Shown here one piece after another: positions 49,668 through 61,485 of a stretch of DNA of 64,000 nucleotides; within the stretch, counting starts at the first letter, position 1, and each line of letters starts with the position of its first letter. Source of the DNA: Styela clava. Its lineage: Eukaryota. Under the pieces are notes generated by a model that was not told where the DNA came from, ran no database searches, and was given only the letters and a program-made list of their open reading frames with translations. Both the position numbers and the translations under genes were made by a program. The DNA is taken from assembly GCF_964204865.1 (NCBI RefSeq), contig NC_135255.1, positions 11,532,001 through 11,596,000 of the forward strand. The letters run 5' to 3'.

Positions 49668-50894
49668 ATGTGGCGCCTAGTTTACCGTTTAAAAATAAGC
49701 AAAAGTGAAAATTATTTGGGCAGAGTTCTACCTTCTGGATCAGGTGTTTTACAATCAGTAAATCAAGATAGATATTATCATGGAAATAGGAAATTCATGA
49801 AAGTGAGATCAAAGCATAAATCAAGGAATCTTTTTGCACCCGTGGAAAACGTTCACGCCGTTCGCAGGGGTGAAAGATTCAATAGAAGATACACTGATAA
49901 ATATGGAGTCAGATCTGATAAATTTGTCCCACCTCATAAATTACCTGCCCCACGCTGGAATTGGGATTATGACTTGACCAAAAAATCTGCATCAACATTG
50001 CACGGTGTTCACTCTGATAATGTTGTTAAATTCAATCAAGATATTGTAGATAATAACCCACTCAAAGATAAACAATGGGAATTGGGAACGTGGGAACCCT
50101 GGTCGAAAAGATGTGGTGCTGTTGGGATTAAGCTAGGCGTACAATACATGTGGCTAAAAAATGGTACCTGTGTTTCTTCAACGCTCATTCAAATATTAGA
50201 TTGTCATGTTATTAAATATTTTTCAAAAGAAGAATACAATGGAAGAATTGCTGCTGCACTTATTGGTGCAAAAAATGCTAGTCCATTCTACAGAGGAGAG
50301 AAATATCACCAATTCTGTTTAGACGCTGGTGTACCAGTCAAGGAAAAATGTTTTCGCTTTCTCATTACTGAAAATGCCCGTCTAAAACCAGGAACACCTA
50401 TTTATGCAACTCATTTTAGAGTTGGCCAAAGTGTAGATCTTTTAGCTAAGTCTATTGGTTATGGTTTTGCGGGAGTTATGCAACGTTGGCATATGAAAGG
50501 AGGCCCTGCGTCACATGGAGCTACAAAATGGCATAGAAGAATAGGATCACTTGCAGATCGTTCTGGACGCGTTGTGAAAGGCAGGAGAATGCCAGGGCAA
50601 CTTGGTGGCACATATGAAACAGCGTATGGTCGAAGAATTTTCAGAATCAACACAAGATATAATGTTCTTTATGTGAAAGGAAGAATCCCAGGGCATATTA
50701 ATACATTTGTTAAAATTTCGGACACTTGTAATAAAAAATTACAACCTCGAAATGAAGATGAAGTGTTAAAACATATTGGTCCATTTCCAACTTATCAACC
50801 TGAATTAGTTGATGAAGAATTACCAGAAAACATTTATGATGATTCTGTTTTTGATTTTGATAATCCATCTATCGTGTTAAGGGAAGATTCTTGA
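49668..50894 (+). CDS. MRPL3: Mitochondrial ribosomal protein uL3m, intronless, 408 aa
   Basis: R.G.VGIKLG, DCHVIKY, KPGTPIYATHFRVGQ.VD..AKSIGYGFAGVMQRW.MKGGPASHGATKWHRRIG, KG.RMPG, RINT.YNVLYVKG.IPGH, PFPTY; upstream TAG/CAG acceptor 49659-49663. Confidence 0.95.
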   Translation: MWRLVYRLKISKSENYLGRVLPSGSGVLQSVNQDRYYHGNRKFMKVRSKHKSRNLFAPVENVHAVRRGERFNRRYTDKYGVRSDKFVPPHKLPAPRWNWDYDLTKKSASTLHGVHSDNVVKFNQDIVDNNPLKDKQWELGTWEPWSKRCGAVGIKLGVQYMWLKNGTCVSSTLIQILDCHVIKYFSKEEYNGRIAAALIGAKNASPFYRGEKYHQFCLDAGVPVKEKCFRFLITENARLKPGTPIYATHFRVGQSVDLLAKSIGYGFAGVMQRWHMKGGPASHGATKWHRRIGSLADRSGRVVKGRRMPGQLGGTYETAYGRRIFRINTRYNVLYVKGRIPGHINTFVKISDTCNKKLQPRNEDEVLKHIGPFPTYQPELVDEELPENIYDDSVFDFDNPSIVLREDS

Positions 50895-51549
50895 TTGTGA
50901 TTTATTTGCTTTATTATCGATATCACAGAAAAATTGAATCGCTTTTACTTGGTAATTTTTGGTAAAAAAGTTTTATCCCCCTGATAAGATTTTTCTGTAA
51001 TGTTATACAAATTTATCTTCGAAGAATTTGATGTTGCGAACAGTAGAAAGTAATTTTCAAAATTGCATTTAAATTTGATCACTTCATTTCAAATTTGAAA
51101 AAAGCAAATAATTCGAGTATGCGACTCATTTTCCCATCATAAGTAGCAATTTGTAATAAAAATCATAAGCTGTTTTGTGTAATGGTACGCTTCTCTTTTT
51201 TTGGCCTAATGTTATATTTAAAAATCGTACATTGAATTGTATAGCTCAATCGCTTGACAGACAAGGTCCAAACGTTTTGATAAATATTATTGTGGGCATG
51301 TGATTCGTAATTTTAACCTATAACTTTTTATAAGATAGGGGCCCAATTCAATTTTAACACTATCAAAATCTATTTCAAAAACATTTAAAACTCTAAAATT
51401 CAAATTTGTCGCTCCCAGTTTTGCAGTGAGACTTATTAACAATGATTAGGCATTACCATAAAACAATCATCTTGTGAATGACAATAATTTTGCGTCGCTT
51501 CATTTTTCTTTTCAAACTTTGAACCTTTTTTGTATTTCAGCTCTGCATC

Positions 51550-54500
51550 ATGTCAGTAATCATAGAAACAACGATAGGTGATATTACTGTTGACTTATTT
51601 CTTAAAGAGCGTCCCCGAACTTGCCTCAATTTTCTGAAACTATGCAAAACAAAATATTATAACTACTGCGTATTTCATTCTGTACAAAGGAATTTTGTTG
51701 CACAGACTGGAGATCCAACAGGTACAGAATATTAATAGCAAAGGTTTGCTACCAGGCTTATAGTACCGTAATATGTGTCGTGCACAATTGGTAAAAAGCA
51801 GTGGAATTGCCTAAACTATATCCGGTAGTTTGCTTCTTAACAGTTATGCATGTATCACAAGATATGTTGATGATTTCTCTGTTATTGTTTGTTTCCCCTC
51901 ATCTGTTATTTTACATTTATATATTAAGAATAAGGGCTGTTGTATTGAAGTAAGCCTAGTTTCACTGGATACACATTTTCAAATTTTTTAAGAGTCGAAA
52001 ATCTGAATTCGTCGGAATTGCAGGCTTTCAGAGGTGCTAGAATAAATCAAACTTCCAAGCTTGCATACGCCAAAGTTTTTGTTAAAATATTTGGCTCTGC
52101 TAAGAATGCTGTTTTACGATTTGAATTGTATCATTATTGATTAGAATACCTGTACTTCCTGAATGAAAGTGATGTGGTAGCCACGTTTACGATCTAAAAA
52201 ATAAATGTGTCATATTTTCAAAATATTTGCAGGTGCTGGTAGAGGAGGAGAATCTATATTTCAGTCACTTTATGGAGATCAAGCAAGATATTTTGATGCT
52301 GAAGTAACTCCCAAGATAAAACACCGAAATATTGGTATGAAGTAGACAATATAAATAAACAAAGTTAATTCGTTGGAATATGATTTTTTGTTAATAATTG
52401 ATTGATGTTAGGGAAAAAATTTTCTAATTAGTTATTTAAAATCCATTTCATTTTTAAAGAGTAACGGCATAAATACTTTGTATTGCAGGTACAATTTCAA
52501 TGGTCAATGATGGAAATGGACAACACGGTTCACAGTTTCTAATAACTCTTGGTGAAAATCTGGATTATTTAGATGGTGTCCATACTGTGTTTGGAGAAGT
52601 TGCTGAAGGTAGATATGACAAGCAATAAAGTATATCAGAATTTACTTTTCATTCGAAAATGTCTTTCTAAGTATTTTTTATTTTATGATAGACCAAAAAT
52701 TAGTTGGGGAACATTTGACAGAATAATGTTTATCTAAATTAGTATGAATTAATAAATTTAGTTTCTACGTATTCACAATTGTCTTGAAGAATTTTGTTTG
52801 TGGAACAGACCCATTTTATAATTGAAAAGAATATTTTGGAATGTATTCGGAATACTAAATTATTCTGCCCGACTTGTTTCTAGAATTTGATGTAATGGGT
52901 GTTTTCCAGTTTTAGAAGCTTCAAGCAAACTTTTCATTATATAATAACGTAATTATTGTAAGATTATGAATAATGTTTGTTACCTTGTTTTTATACAGGA
53001 TTTGATGTTTTAACTAAACTAAATGAAGCATTTTGTGACAAAGAAAATCGTCCCTATAAAGATATACGAATCACACATACAGTTATATTAGACGATCCGC
53101 TGGATGACCCGCCTGGTAATGATTTATTGCATCGCTACTATTGATTTTACTACACCCCTAATTCATTATAAATACTAATAAACGTATCATTTTTGATAGA
53201 AAATATGGTACCTAAATGAAAGTTTTATTTACGAAATTATAACTTTCTCAAATCATCCGCTTCTCAATTTTATAGACAAAAAATTTTGTTTCAATTTCAA
53301 AGGGATTTTGTTGAAATTTATATTAAATATAAGATTAATAAGTAATAGGGACGTCTGAATTCTCTCACATATAATTAGATATCAGTGGCTGCTTGTACAG
53401 TGCCTTGTTCAGAGTGGAAGGCAGAATAGGTATCGTATAATAAAATTCATGCAGTCAAGTCCTACATTTTGGTGTGAGGGCATAAATTTTTTTAATAATT
53501 TTTATTTTGAATTGAATTGTTTATTGTTATCTACACTTAACTACAACCTCATAGTAGCCTAGTGGTTTTTAATCAGGGACCTGTGAGTTTACTTTCCAAT
53601 CCGAGAGACTATATTATTACATATGTATATTGTTTCAATATACCAAATCAAACACATGGTATAATATAATCTTATAATAAGTGTTTTACTAGTGTTCACT
53701 GGCATATTTTATGTTAACGAAGATAACATATCGATCGTATCATATAATATATGTATAATCAGTTGCAGAGGGGTTACTTGAGCCTCTGGAGTCGTGAATT
53801 TTTATTGGGGTTTCGCTTCACCAAAATAGTTGAAAACCACTGCCAACCAGTTACAGTGTTCGTAAAGTTTCTTGGATTGAGAAAAAGTTTTTATTTTTAA
53901 TTTTCTCACAGGTTTGATTATTCCTGATCGTTCCCCTGAGCCGACGAAAGAACAACTTGAGAGTTTGTTGAGGATCGGAGCAGATGAAGAAATTGATGAT
54001 ACAAAAGGATTGACTGAAGGGGAATTAGCGGAACGCGAGGGAAAAGTTGAGGCAGAACATCAAGCACAGGTCACAAGAACTATTTTATTTCCATCATGTT
54101 TATGATAGAAATTTCAGTATCGAGGAAGGATATTAAGACAGTTCCTGTCGTCACAATCACATATTCGCGTGTAGTTGGTATTGGAACAGCTGGCTTGTTA
54201 TTTTTCCTCATGCGCAGTCTCTAAATTATATGAACATAGAAAAAAATGACATCCATGCAAGTACTTGGTTAGGCAACATTCAACATTGTAGAATTTGCTT
54301 TATCTGTAACGTAGAAATGGTATCGTCAATTCTAAATTACTTCACTAAGGACTAATTTTTATGCCCTCCCTTATCCAAAATAAAATATGTTTCTGATGTT
54401 TTGATATTTTTGTATTTTTGAAGGTTTTAGAAATCATAGGAGATTTACCAGACAAAGATGTCAAACCTCCAGATAATGTTTTATTTATTTGTAAACTCAA

Positions 54501-56550
54501 TCCTGTTACAACAGATGAAGATTTAGAAATAATATTCTCAAGGTATAATATTCAGCAATAGTGAACTATCTTTTCAAATTAAAGAAAAAAACAATCCCAT
54601 GAATATTCCTGTGAAAATATCTGTTGACTCTTTTCAAAGTAAAAGTTTTTAGTATAAAATTAGGCAGTGTTACATGGAGTTATAAATTTTTTAATCCAAA
54701 AGGTGACTGGCGACACCAATCAATTTTTATAGCTGTAATGGTTGCCTTTGGCATCATGGACTACTATTGTGTTCTTAAATTTAATTAACGATATTCCCAT
54801 GCATTAGACTATTTTATAGGTTATTTATTAAGTTTAATTCTTTAATCTACTATAGCTCACATGTGTGGCTCCTCCAGAGGTTCTGCAAGTTTACACTCAA
54901 ATCCGAGAGTCGATATGAATATTGTTTAAAAATGTAATCAAATGCCCATTATCTTTGCCGCCATTATCAAACTTTTGAGACCATCTTATTACGCTTGCTC
55001 GTACATTTCTACTTACAGCCTTGCAAGTTTTGGCCATGAAAACCACTGGCCAGAGCCTCATTCAAAGTTTGCAAATTCTTTTATCCACTGTGTTCTGTTT
55101 TGATATGATCATTATACCGATTAAATCTTTACGGTAATCTGTTTTTAGATTTGGTAAAATTCTGTCTTGTGAAATAATAAGAGATTTCAAGACAAGTGAA
55201 TCACTACAATATGCTTTTATTGAATTCGACAAACCTGATGAATGTGAGAAAGCTTACCTGAAAATGGATAATGTATTAATTGACGATCGAAGAATCCATG
55301 TCGATTTCAGTCAGTCAGTTTCAAAGATACAATACAGAAGAAGTGTAAGTTTTATTCATCACATATTTAACGAAACCAACACTTTTGTGACCAGGGGTGT
55401 GGATTCTAAGTGAAAACTTCATACTTTTACTGGTGATCACAAAACGCATTTCTTTTGTATCATACATACAACCTTCGTAGCTTGAGGCACTTTTTGGAGA
55501 CCCTCAACGGCCTCAAGACTCATCATGAAAACCATGATTTCCGGCCTCTGGCATGACCCCCTAGCTCTTACTCGGCAATCAGCAATTTTGGAACCCCCAT
55601 TTGAAAATTCATGATCAAGTTCACTAAGCGATTTTAAGGGTCTATTAAGGAAAGGTTGCATAAGCCAAAGTTTTTGTCACAAAAATTTGAGCTGGAGTCT
55701 TTAAGTCGAACATTTTTACGCCGGGAGTCGTGAGTAGGAATCAATTTTTCTTAATTGTGAATTAATTTTTTTAATTTCAATTATGAATTTTCCTGGATTC
55801 CGCAGCCCTGTTCGTAACAAGATTATTTCATTTCATGCCAATCAAAAATCATGCAGTACTTCTGAACCCTACATTATTTATTGTCATATACTCAAAGAAG
55901 ATTATGTATAGTTTATGGAGTATGATATGTGATCATTTCTTTCTAGGCTATTTATAATGCACAAGGTAAAACCTTTATTAATGTGAACTGTCTGTAAGTA
56001 CTTGCCTGATATTTATATGTCCTCGGTAGCCAGTTTAGTTGATTACCCAGAAATACATTGGGCTGTTGTTTCTTCATAAGTACCTTTGAAACTGGATTTG
56101 CAATTGTATGTCAGGCCCAAAAAGATGCATTGCCAAAATAACACATTATCTTAATAATAACCTCAAATATTGTTTTAGAATGATCCAAAACTTGACACAA
56201 ATGCAAAGAGAGATAAGGTATCGCATGAAAATTCATCACCAGAGCGAAAACACAAAAAGGAACATAAGAAAAGAGAACGAATTGAAAAGCAACGTGGACA
56301 AAATAAAAACTATAGATCGGATGGAAGTTCTGATAATGAAGTTCGATGCGGAAAGCATCGCAAACGGCGATCACATAGTCCACATACAAAATCATCCAAG
56401 TCTGTGAAGAAACATACCAGGTCACCTTCACCCAGAAAGAGTGAAAAACATTCAAAATATGAAAAAGATAATTATTCAAGACATCGGCATGATGATTCAG
56501 GTTATAAAAAGTCAAAACATAGGAAAAAGCACAGCAGCAAATACGATTGA
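51550..56550 (+). CDS. PPIL4: Cyclophilin-RRM protein PPIL4, 8 exons, about 451 aa
   Basis: Exons 51550-51721, 52233-52334, 52489-52608, 52999-53115, 53912-54069, 54424-54542, 55149-55344, 56179-56550. [72 protein letters not shown]-rich tail. Confidence 0.96.
55392..55810. mobile_element. Old hAT-like MITE in a PPIL4 intron
   Basis: Ends CAGGGGTGTGGATTC / GATTCCGCAGCCCTG; flanks TTTGTGAC and TTCGTAAC (6/8). Confidence 0.5.
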
Positions 56551-57604
56551 CATATTATTGAATCTGGGTAATTACCTCTCTTACTTGGCAGATTACAATG
56601 CCCAATGCAATCAGATGAAGGATATAGGCAGATAAAGTCATTGGGTCCATGTTTTGGATAGCATAGCATAAATAATTGAATTGTGGAGTAAATTATATAT
56701 TGGAAATTTTGGAATCTAGGGTAGAGCTGGGTATGAAATATGAAGCATTTTGTGGAATGAACCTATTATTATGTCGGGTTAGTAAAGTTGGGCATCCCAT
56801 TGTTAAAGCAATTTTTGCAATATGTTTTACCTCGTTCCATGATATTTTTACAAGCATTCAATAAAGTTTATCACTTACGGGAATATGGTAATAACTAACT
56901 ACTGAGGCAGCATTCCATGTAAGGGATATCTTGTGTGCTTGAAGAAAAACGGGAATGCTTAAAGATGATAGGAACTTTTTTATTTGACGAAGAGAGCGTA
57001 TTGGATCCGTATATCGTCTTTTAAAATAGCACGGCCGAATGCGTTACTGCACAATCTTGGAGAGTAACAATAATGTCTATTTTCATGTCAAACTTCCATA
57101 GGGTACATTTTAGGAAATGACACCTTTCACCTTCAGACCATACTATTCAACAGTAAAACGTCATAGGCTTGAGAAGCAATTTATTGCAGTGACAGAAGTA
57201 AAAATTGAAGAATGAAAAAGAGAATACTGTACAATAGGTAGTGCTTTCATGGTTGACTGGTGCAGCATTACTTGTGATATACGATTAAAATTCTGGTGTA
57301 AATAAATTTTATAAGAAAGATATAACATACACATTGTCCCGCTTGCGAGATTGGTGAGAAATAATATTAACAATTATATTATGGTGTAATGTCAGTTAAC
57401 TATTGAAGCTTCATAGAATTATAATATTCCTACAAAAAGCCAACAATAACAGAATAGAATTAGTGACTTAACATTTTTTGAACCACAAACGACACAAAAT
57501 ATAATATAAACCAAACTATTCAATCATCTATGAAAAATATGTTTCCAACAGATCATTGCACACTATGTGACATGTGGAGTTTCGTATTTTTCAAAGAAAT
57601 ATTG

Positions 57605-58869
57605 TTATCTATCGAATCTCGCAAGTCTTCTCCTGCGAAGTTCTTCTTGATGCGAGTCTTCTGACTGAATATTCCACCCATAAGGTGGAGCAGTTGATTC
57701 AAAATGATCAGGTGGGGCTGTTGGATGCACATACCCAGGACCGTCTAAATCTGGATATATCCGGTTGTGTCCAGTTCGCATGCTTTCCTCCATTGCTTTT
57801 CTAATTTGTTCACTCTCATCCATACCACCTGTATATCTGTCATAGTCATTATCATCGGCCCCACGTGTTGTCCCTGAATGATACCTGTATGTAGGCTGGC
57901 GACTCCTATTTGATATCATACGAAATGGACTAACTGGCAGTTCCATGATCCATTTCAATGGTCCTTTTACATATGCAAGTCCAACAAGAATACCAGCAAG
58001 ATGGCCAGTAAATGAGGCATTGGGTACAATTAACTGAATCAGTACCAGCTCAAACCAGCATGCATATCTAGAATTAACTGGAATGAAACCCATGAGTCGT
58101 TCCGTGCCAGTTGGCGCCATGTAAGTAGTGACAACTTTGACAGCAAAAACTACTCCAGAAAATCCAATAGCACATTGATGAAGATATGACATGTCGCTAA
58201 GAAGATATGCCAACGCATAATTCAAATAGAGCAATATCAAATTTGTACATATAGTAAATACTCCGATCATGTATAAAAACCAAGCAGAACCAACAATGCG
58301 TTCCAAGTATAATCCTTTATATAAAAATGATATCATGTTGAAATACAAATGCCAGTCATCACCATGGAAAAATGCACCTTTCAGCAGTCTAGAATAGTCA
58401 CGAGCATACCAGACTTCTCTCACACTGATACAAACACTTTGCCATGTGAAATCTGGTATGTACATCAAATGAATGATAACATTTAGTGCAACGGTTGCGA
58501 GAGTTGTTGGAGGAATTCTGAATGAGAAAGAAGGTATTTTAGCCAATAAAAAAAATATTATTCTTTTAAATAATTTCACTAAGTATAGAAAATTACAAAT
58601 ATGGAGGATGTAATTTCCAATATTTAGCTTATGCTGTAAATATTATATTATGTCCAGTCGAGAAATTGACATATATTCAAAGAAAGAGGTATAATATCAC
58701 CAGGCAAACTAATATCTGGATATTCTCCAATAAACATGTCGCCAAGTTTGAAAAGACAATTATTATGTAAAAACAGTATTTATTACCTGTCCATTCCAAT
58801 TTGAAATAACTGGAAAATCAATAGTAACACGCCCATTTGAGAACGTCCATGTGATCTTCTACCAAACAT
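57605..58869 (-). CDS. RHBDD1: Rhomboid protease RHBDL4, 2 coding exons
   Basis: Exon 1 58869-58787 (MFGRRSHGRSQMGVLLLIFQLFQIGMD), exon 2 58517-57605. HGDDWHLYFNM, catalytic GFSG and GHLAG, UIM-like EQIRKAMEES, C-terminal p97-binding ELRRRRLARF. Confidence 0.95.
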
Positions 58870-60325
58870 GTTTAATCCTAATGTCAGATGGTGAAATGAT
58901 AAAAGTCTACGATAGAGTTTTCTATTTTTCAGGTGATGTACACTAATCTTTCAATCTTTGATAAATCCGTAGCACTGTACCCGGTACTTGAAGCAGTTCT
59001 TTCTCGAGTACTTTGATCCGTCAGCTCTGTATGTAGCAACACGAATTCAGTTCTGTTCTGTATATTCGAACTTATAGCTCAATTTATACCAATAGTAATC
59101 CACTTCTCAACCCTCTGGTGCAATGCATTAAACTTTAATTTGAGAGACGTGTCCTTACGATTTTGATGAAGTTTGTTCCACTCACAGTGACTTTGGTTCC
59201 ACTTTATTTGTTTTTCAATTAGGGGAATTCCCGGGAATGTTCTGCACGGAGTCAATATAAAATTAAAATATATTGAAATACGACTTGTTTTGCACTGATC
59301 AAACGGGTTTACCTAGTATGTATTTACGGTTTACCATACAACAAACTAATTTTTTATTCAGATAAACTGTAAATAAATACTAATACAGGCACATGGATTT
59401 GAATGAAAAAAGGCATTAAGAGGCATTAACTCTAGACTCGTGCAAGTTTGTAAAAAAAACGACACCAGGAGATTAGATTATTTTTAAAGTCTCTGACAGC
59501 AGTCTTTAAGTGCTACTCATTTAGAATAGGATAAAAACTCCCTATTTATCCCGGAGAGTGGGAAGTCGATAAAATGGTTTATTTATAGGGCGACTCTATC
59601 TGACGTCTCGTTTGGTATCTGCATGTCGGGTGTTGAATAGTTAAACAGTTGTTTAAGATGCATAACTTTGCGAACAAGAGTGACGACAGAGTAGCCATTA
59701 CTGTACCAATATTCATGACCTTTTACCGATGATGCCAGCGGCCCAGCACTGTTTTTCTGCTGTTTGAGGGGACGCTCGTTGCGCTTTGTACTTGCTTTTG
59801 ACCGTTTGAATAGTTCGGTGTGTGTTAGCGCTTCCTTAAGTCTTTTTTTAATTATAGATTGAATACAGACTAGCTTGTGTATCTTTTGTACATACTTGAG
59901 CTGCTTTGATATACAGAATATTTTCACAAAAATCTACTTTAACGGTGATGATACTGGATGCATAGGTAATGCATTTTCTCATTGCACTAGAGTACGCCAA
60001 AGCACCATCTGCCTGATATTTGGGAGGTAAACTTGTCACAGGAGACGGGTTACTTACCTCGGAGCTAAGAAATGAAGTACTTTGCAGGGTAAGCGTAATA
60101 AACTACAAAAGAATAGAATTATATGGAGGGTGAAAGCAGCTTTGTGGAAAAGGAAATTTCACTCTTGAATAAATACCAATCATATCTTAACAAGAATGTT
60201 ACAGTTGGAAATTAGGAAAAAGAATGAGCCGCCTAGTGTTTGGGACTCTGCAAAAATATTCATTTATTATTATGAATTATTAGTATATTTTAACACTATT
60301 TAAGATCAAAATTCAGCAATAACTT

Positions 60326-60471
60326 TCAATCAATCAATCATCATTTATTCGTCAACACAATTTAAACATGGTATGATTTATGAAAAAATATTACAAATAC
60401 AAGTGGAAACTAACTTAAATTGTGTGACAGGAGTCGCGAGGGACCTCAAGAGGTCTTCAGGCAGCGACACC
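60326..60471 (-). mobile_element. 3' end of a non-LTR retrotransposon (CR1/L2-type)
   Basis: Minus strand shows a hairpin (GTCGC..GACCTC/GAGGTC..GCGAC), then AATAAA and a (TTGA)n tail. Confidence 0.5.
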
Positions 60472-60847
60472 TAAAACGCTTGTTGATTCAGGTTAATAGC
60501 TTAAAAAGTTAATGAAACACCAAAACATTTCAAAATAAATATTTTTCAACCTTATTTTATTTTAAAATTGGTCCTCACCAAACTAAGCATTGATTTATGG
60601 TTTACTTCCTAAGTGCCCTTAATCTTAATTTTAATTACATTTATTTAACCATCATTTTCGTAGATGCAATGATAACTTTTTTAAATCACATCTGAAATGA
60701 GCCTCACTGATATTTGTGGTTCTAATTTTTCCATCATTACTTCTACGGCTAAATGCAAATTAAATGTTTAGGCATTTTTACGTCATACTTGATTTGAGAT
60801 TTCAAATTTATTTATCAAATTTATTTCTTGCCATTGTTGTAAACTGC

Positions 60848-60889
60848 TTGTCTGAAGAAGTCTGACTCTGGTCGGACGAAACGGTACAA
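60848..60889 (+). ncRNA. Minimal hammerhead ribozyme motif (PLE-associated), copy 2
   Basis: TTGT-CTGAAGA-A-GTCTGACT-CT-GGTCGGAC-GAAAC-GGT-ACAA, followed by the same TTTGTGTTAGTGTGCAGC tail as copy 1. Confidence 0.72.
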
Positions 60890-61045
60890 AAATACATTTG
60901 TGTTAGTGTGCAGCTGGACTCTTTAATAGGATAGAATAGTCATGTTTATTCCAGCTGCAGTATCTTTGCAGCCCTATACGCATACGGATCCACTAGCATA
61001 AAGGCATAGAGAAAAGATAGGAAGTTAGTCTCGCGCAACCCAACT
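60848..61045 (+). mobile_element. PLE terminal-repeat (pLTR) remnant
   Basis: Homologous to 9495-9575 and, continuing, to the reverse complement of 8640-8511 (GCATACGGATCCAC...GCATAGA...ACCCAA). Confidence 0.75.
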
Positions 61046-61485
61046 CACTTCTAAACGGAAATATATTACGCCACGCATATCTCATTATGACACTGGGACA
61101 CATTATTCCGGTTACCAGTATAGTCTGGATAATTTCCCTCTGTGTATATATTTGGTTTTCTAATAAATGCTTGTGATAAATTTCATATGATTTGGTGGAA
61201 AGTAATACATATGGTGGAAACAGATTAAAATGTGAACTAAAAGGAACCACAATTGAAAAACGGGATATCATATTCTCAGCACAAAGATTCAACGATATTA
61301 AGGCAACACACACATTCAATAGCCAAGCTACGAGGACCATAGTCCCGGGTGCCGAGCGGCTTCGATTCAGGCATAAATACGCGTTCTGCGAACCAATGGG
61401 ACAGGTTGTTGTGAGTAATTAGTCGCCAAAGCGTTGTTGAAAATCTGTTGATTAAGTACGAATTTAATCCTCACAGTTTTCGTCA

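Noticed and set aside
44176-50894. Bacterial operon, HGT or contamination as the explanation for the intronless cluster
   Set aside because: The proteins are animal-type (PDSS2 lacking DDxxD, N-terminal targeting-like extensions, Kozak start) and are contiguous with spliced SMARCE1 and PPIL4.
59583-59927. 114-aa minus-strand ORF upstream of RHBDD1
   Set aside because: No recognisable domain or consistent exon chain; cannot be supported without a search.
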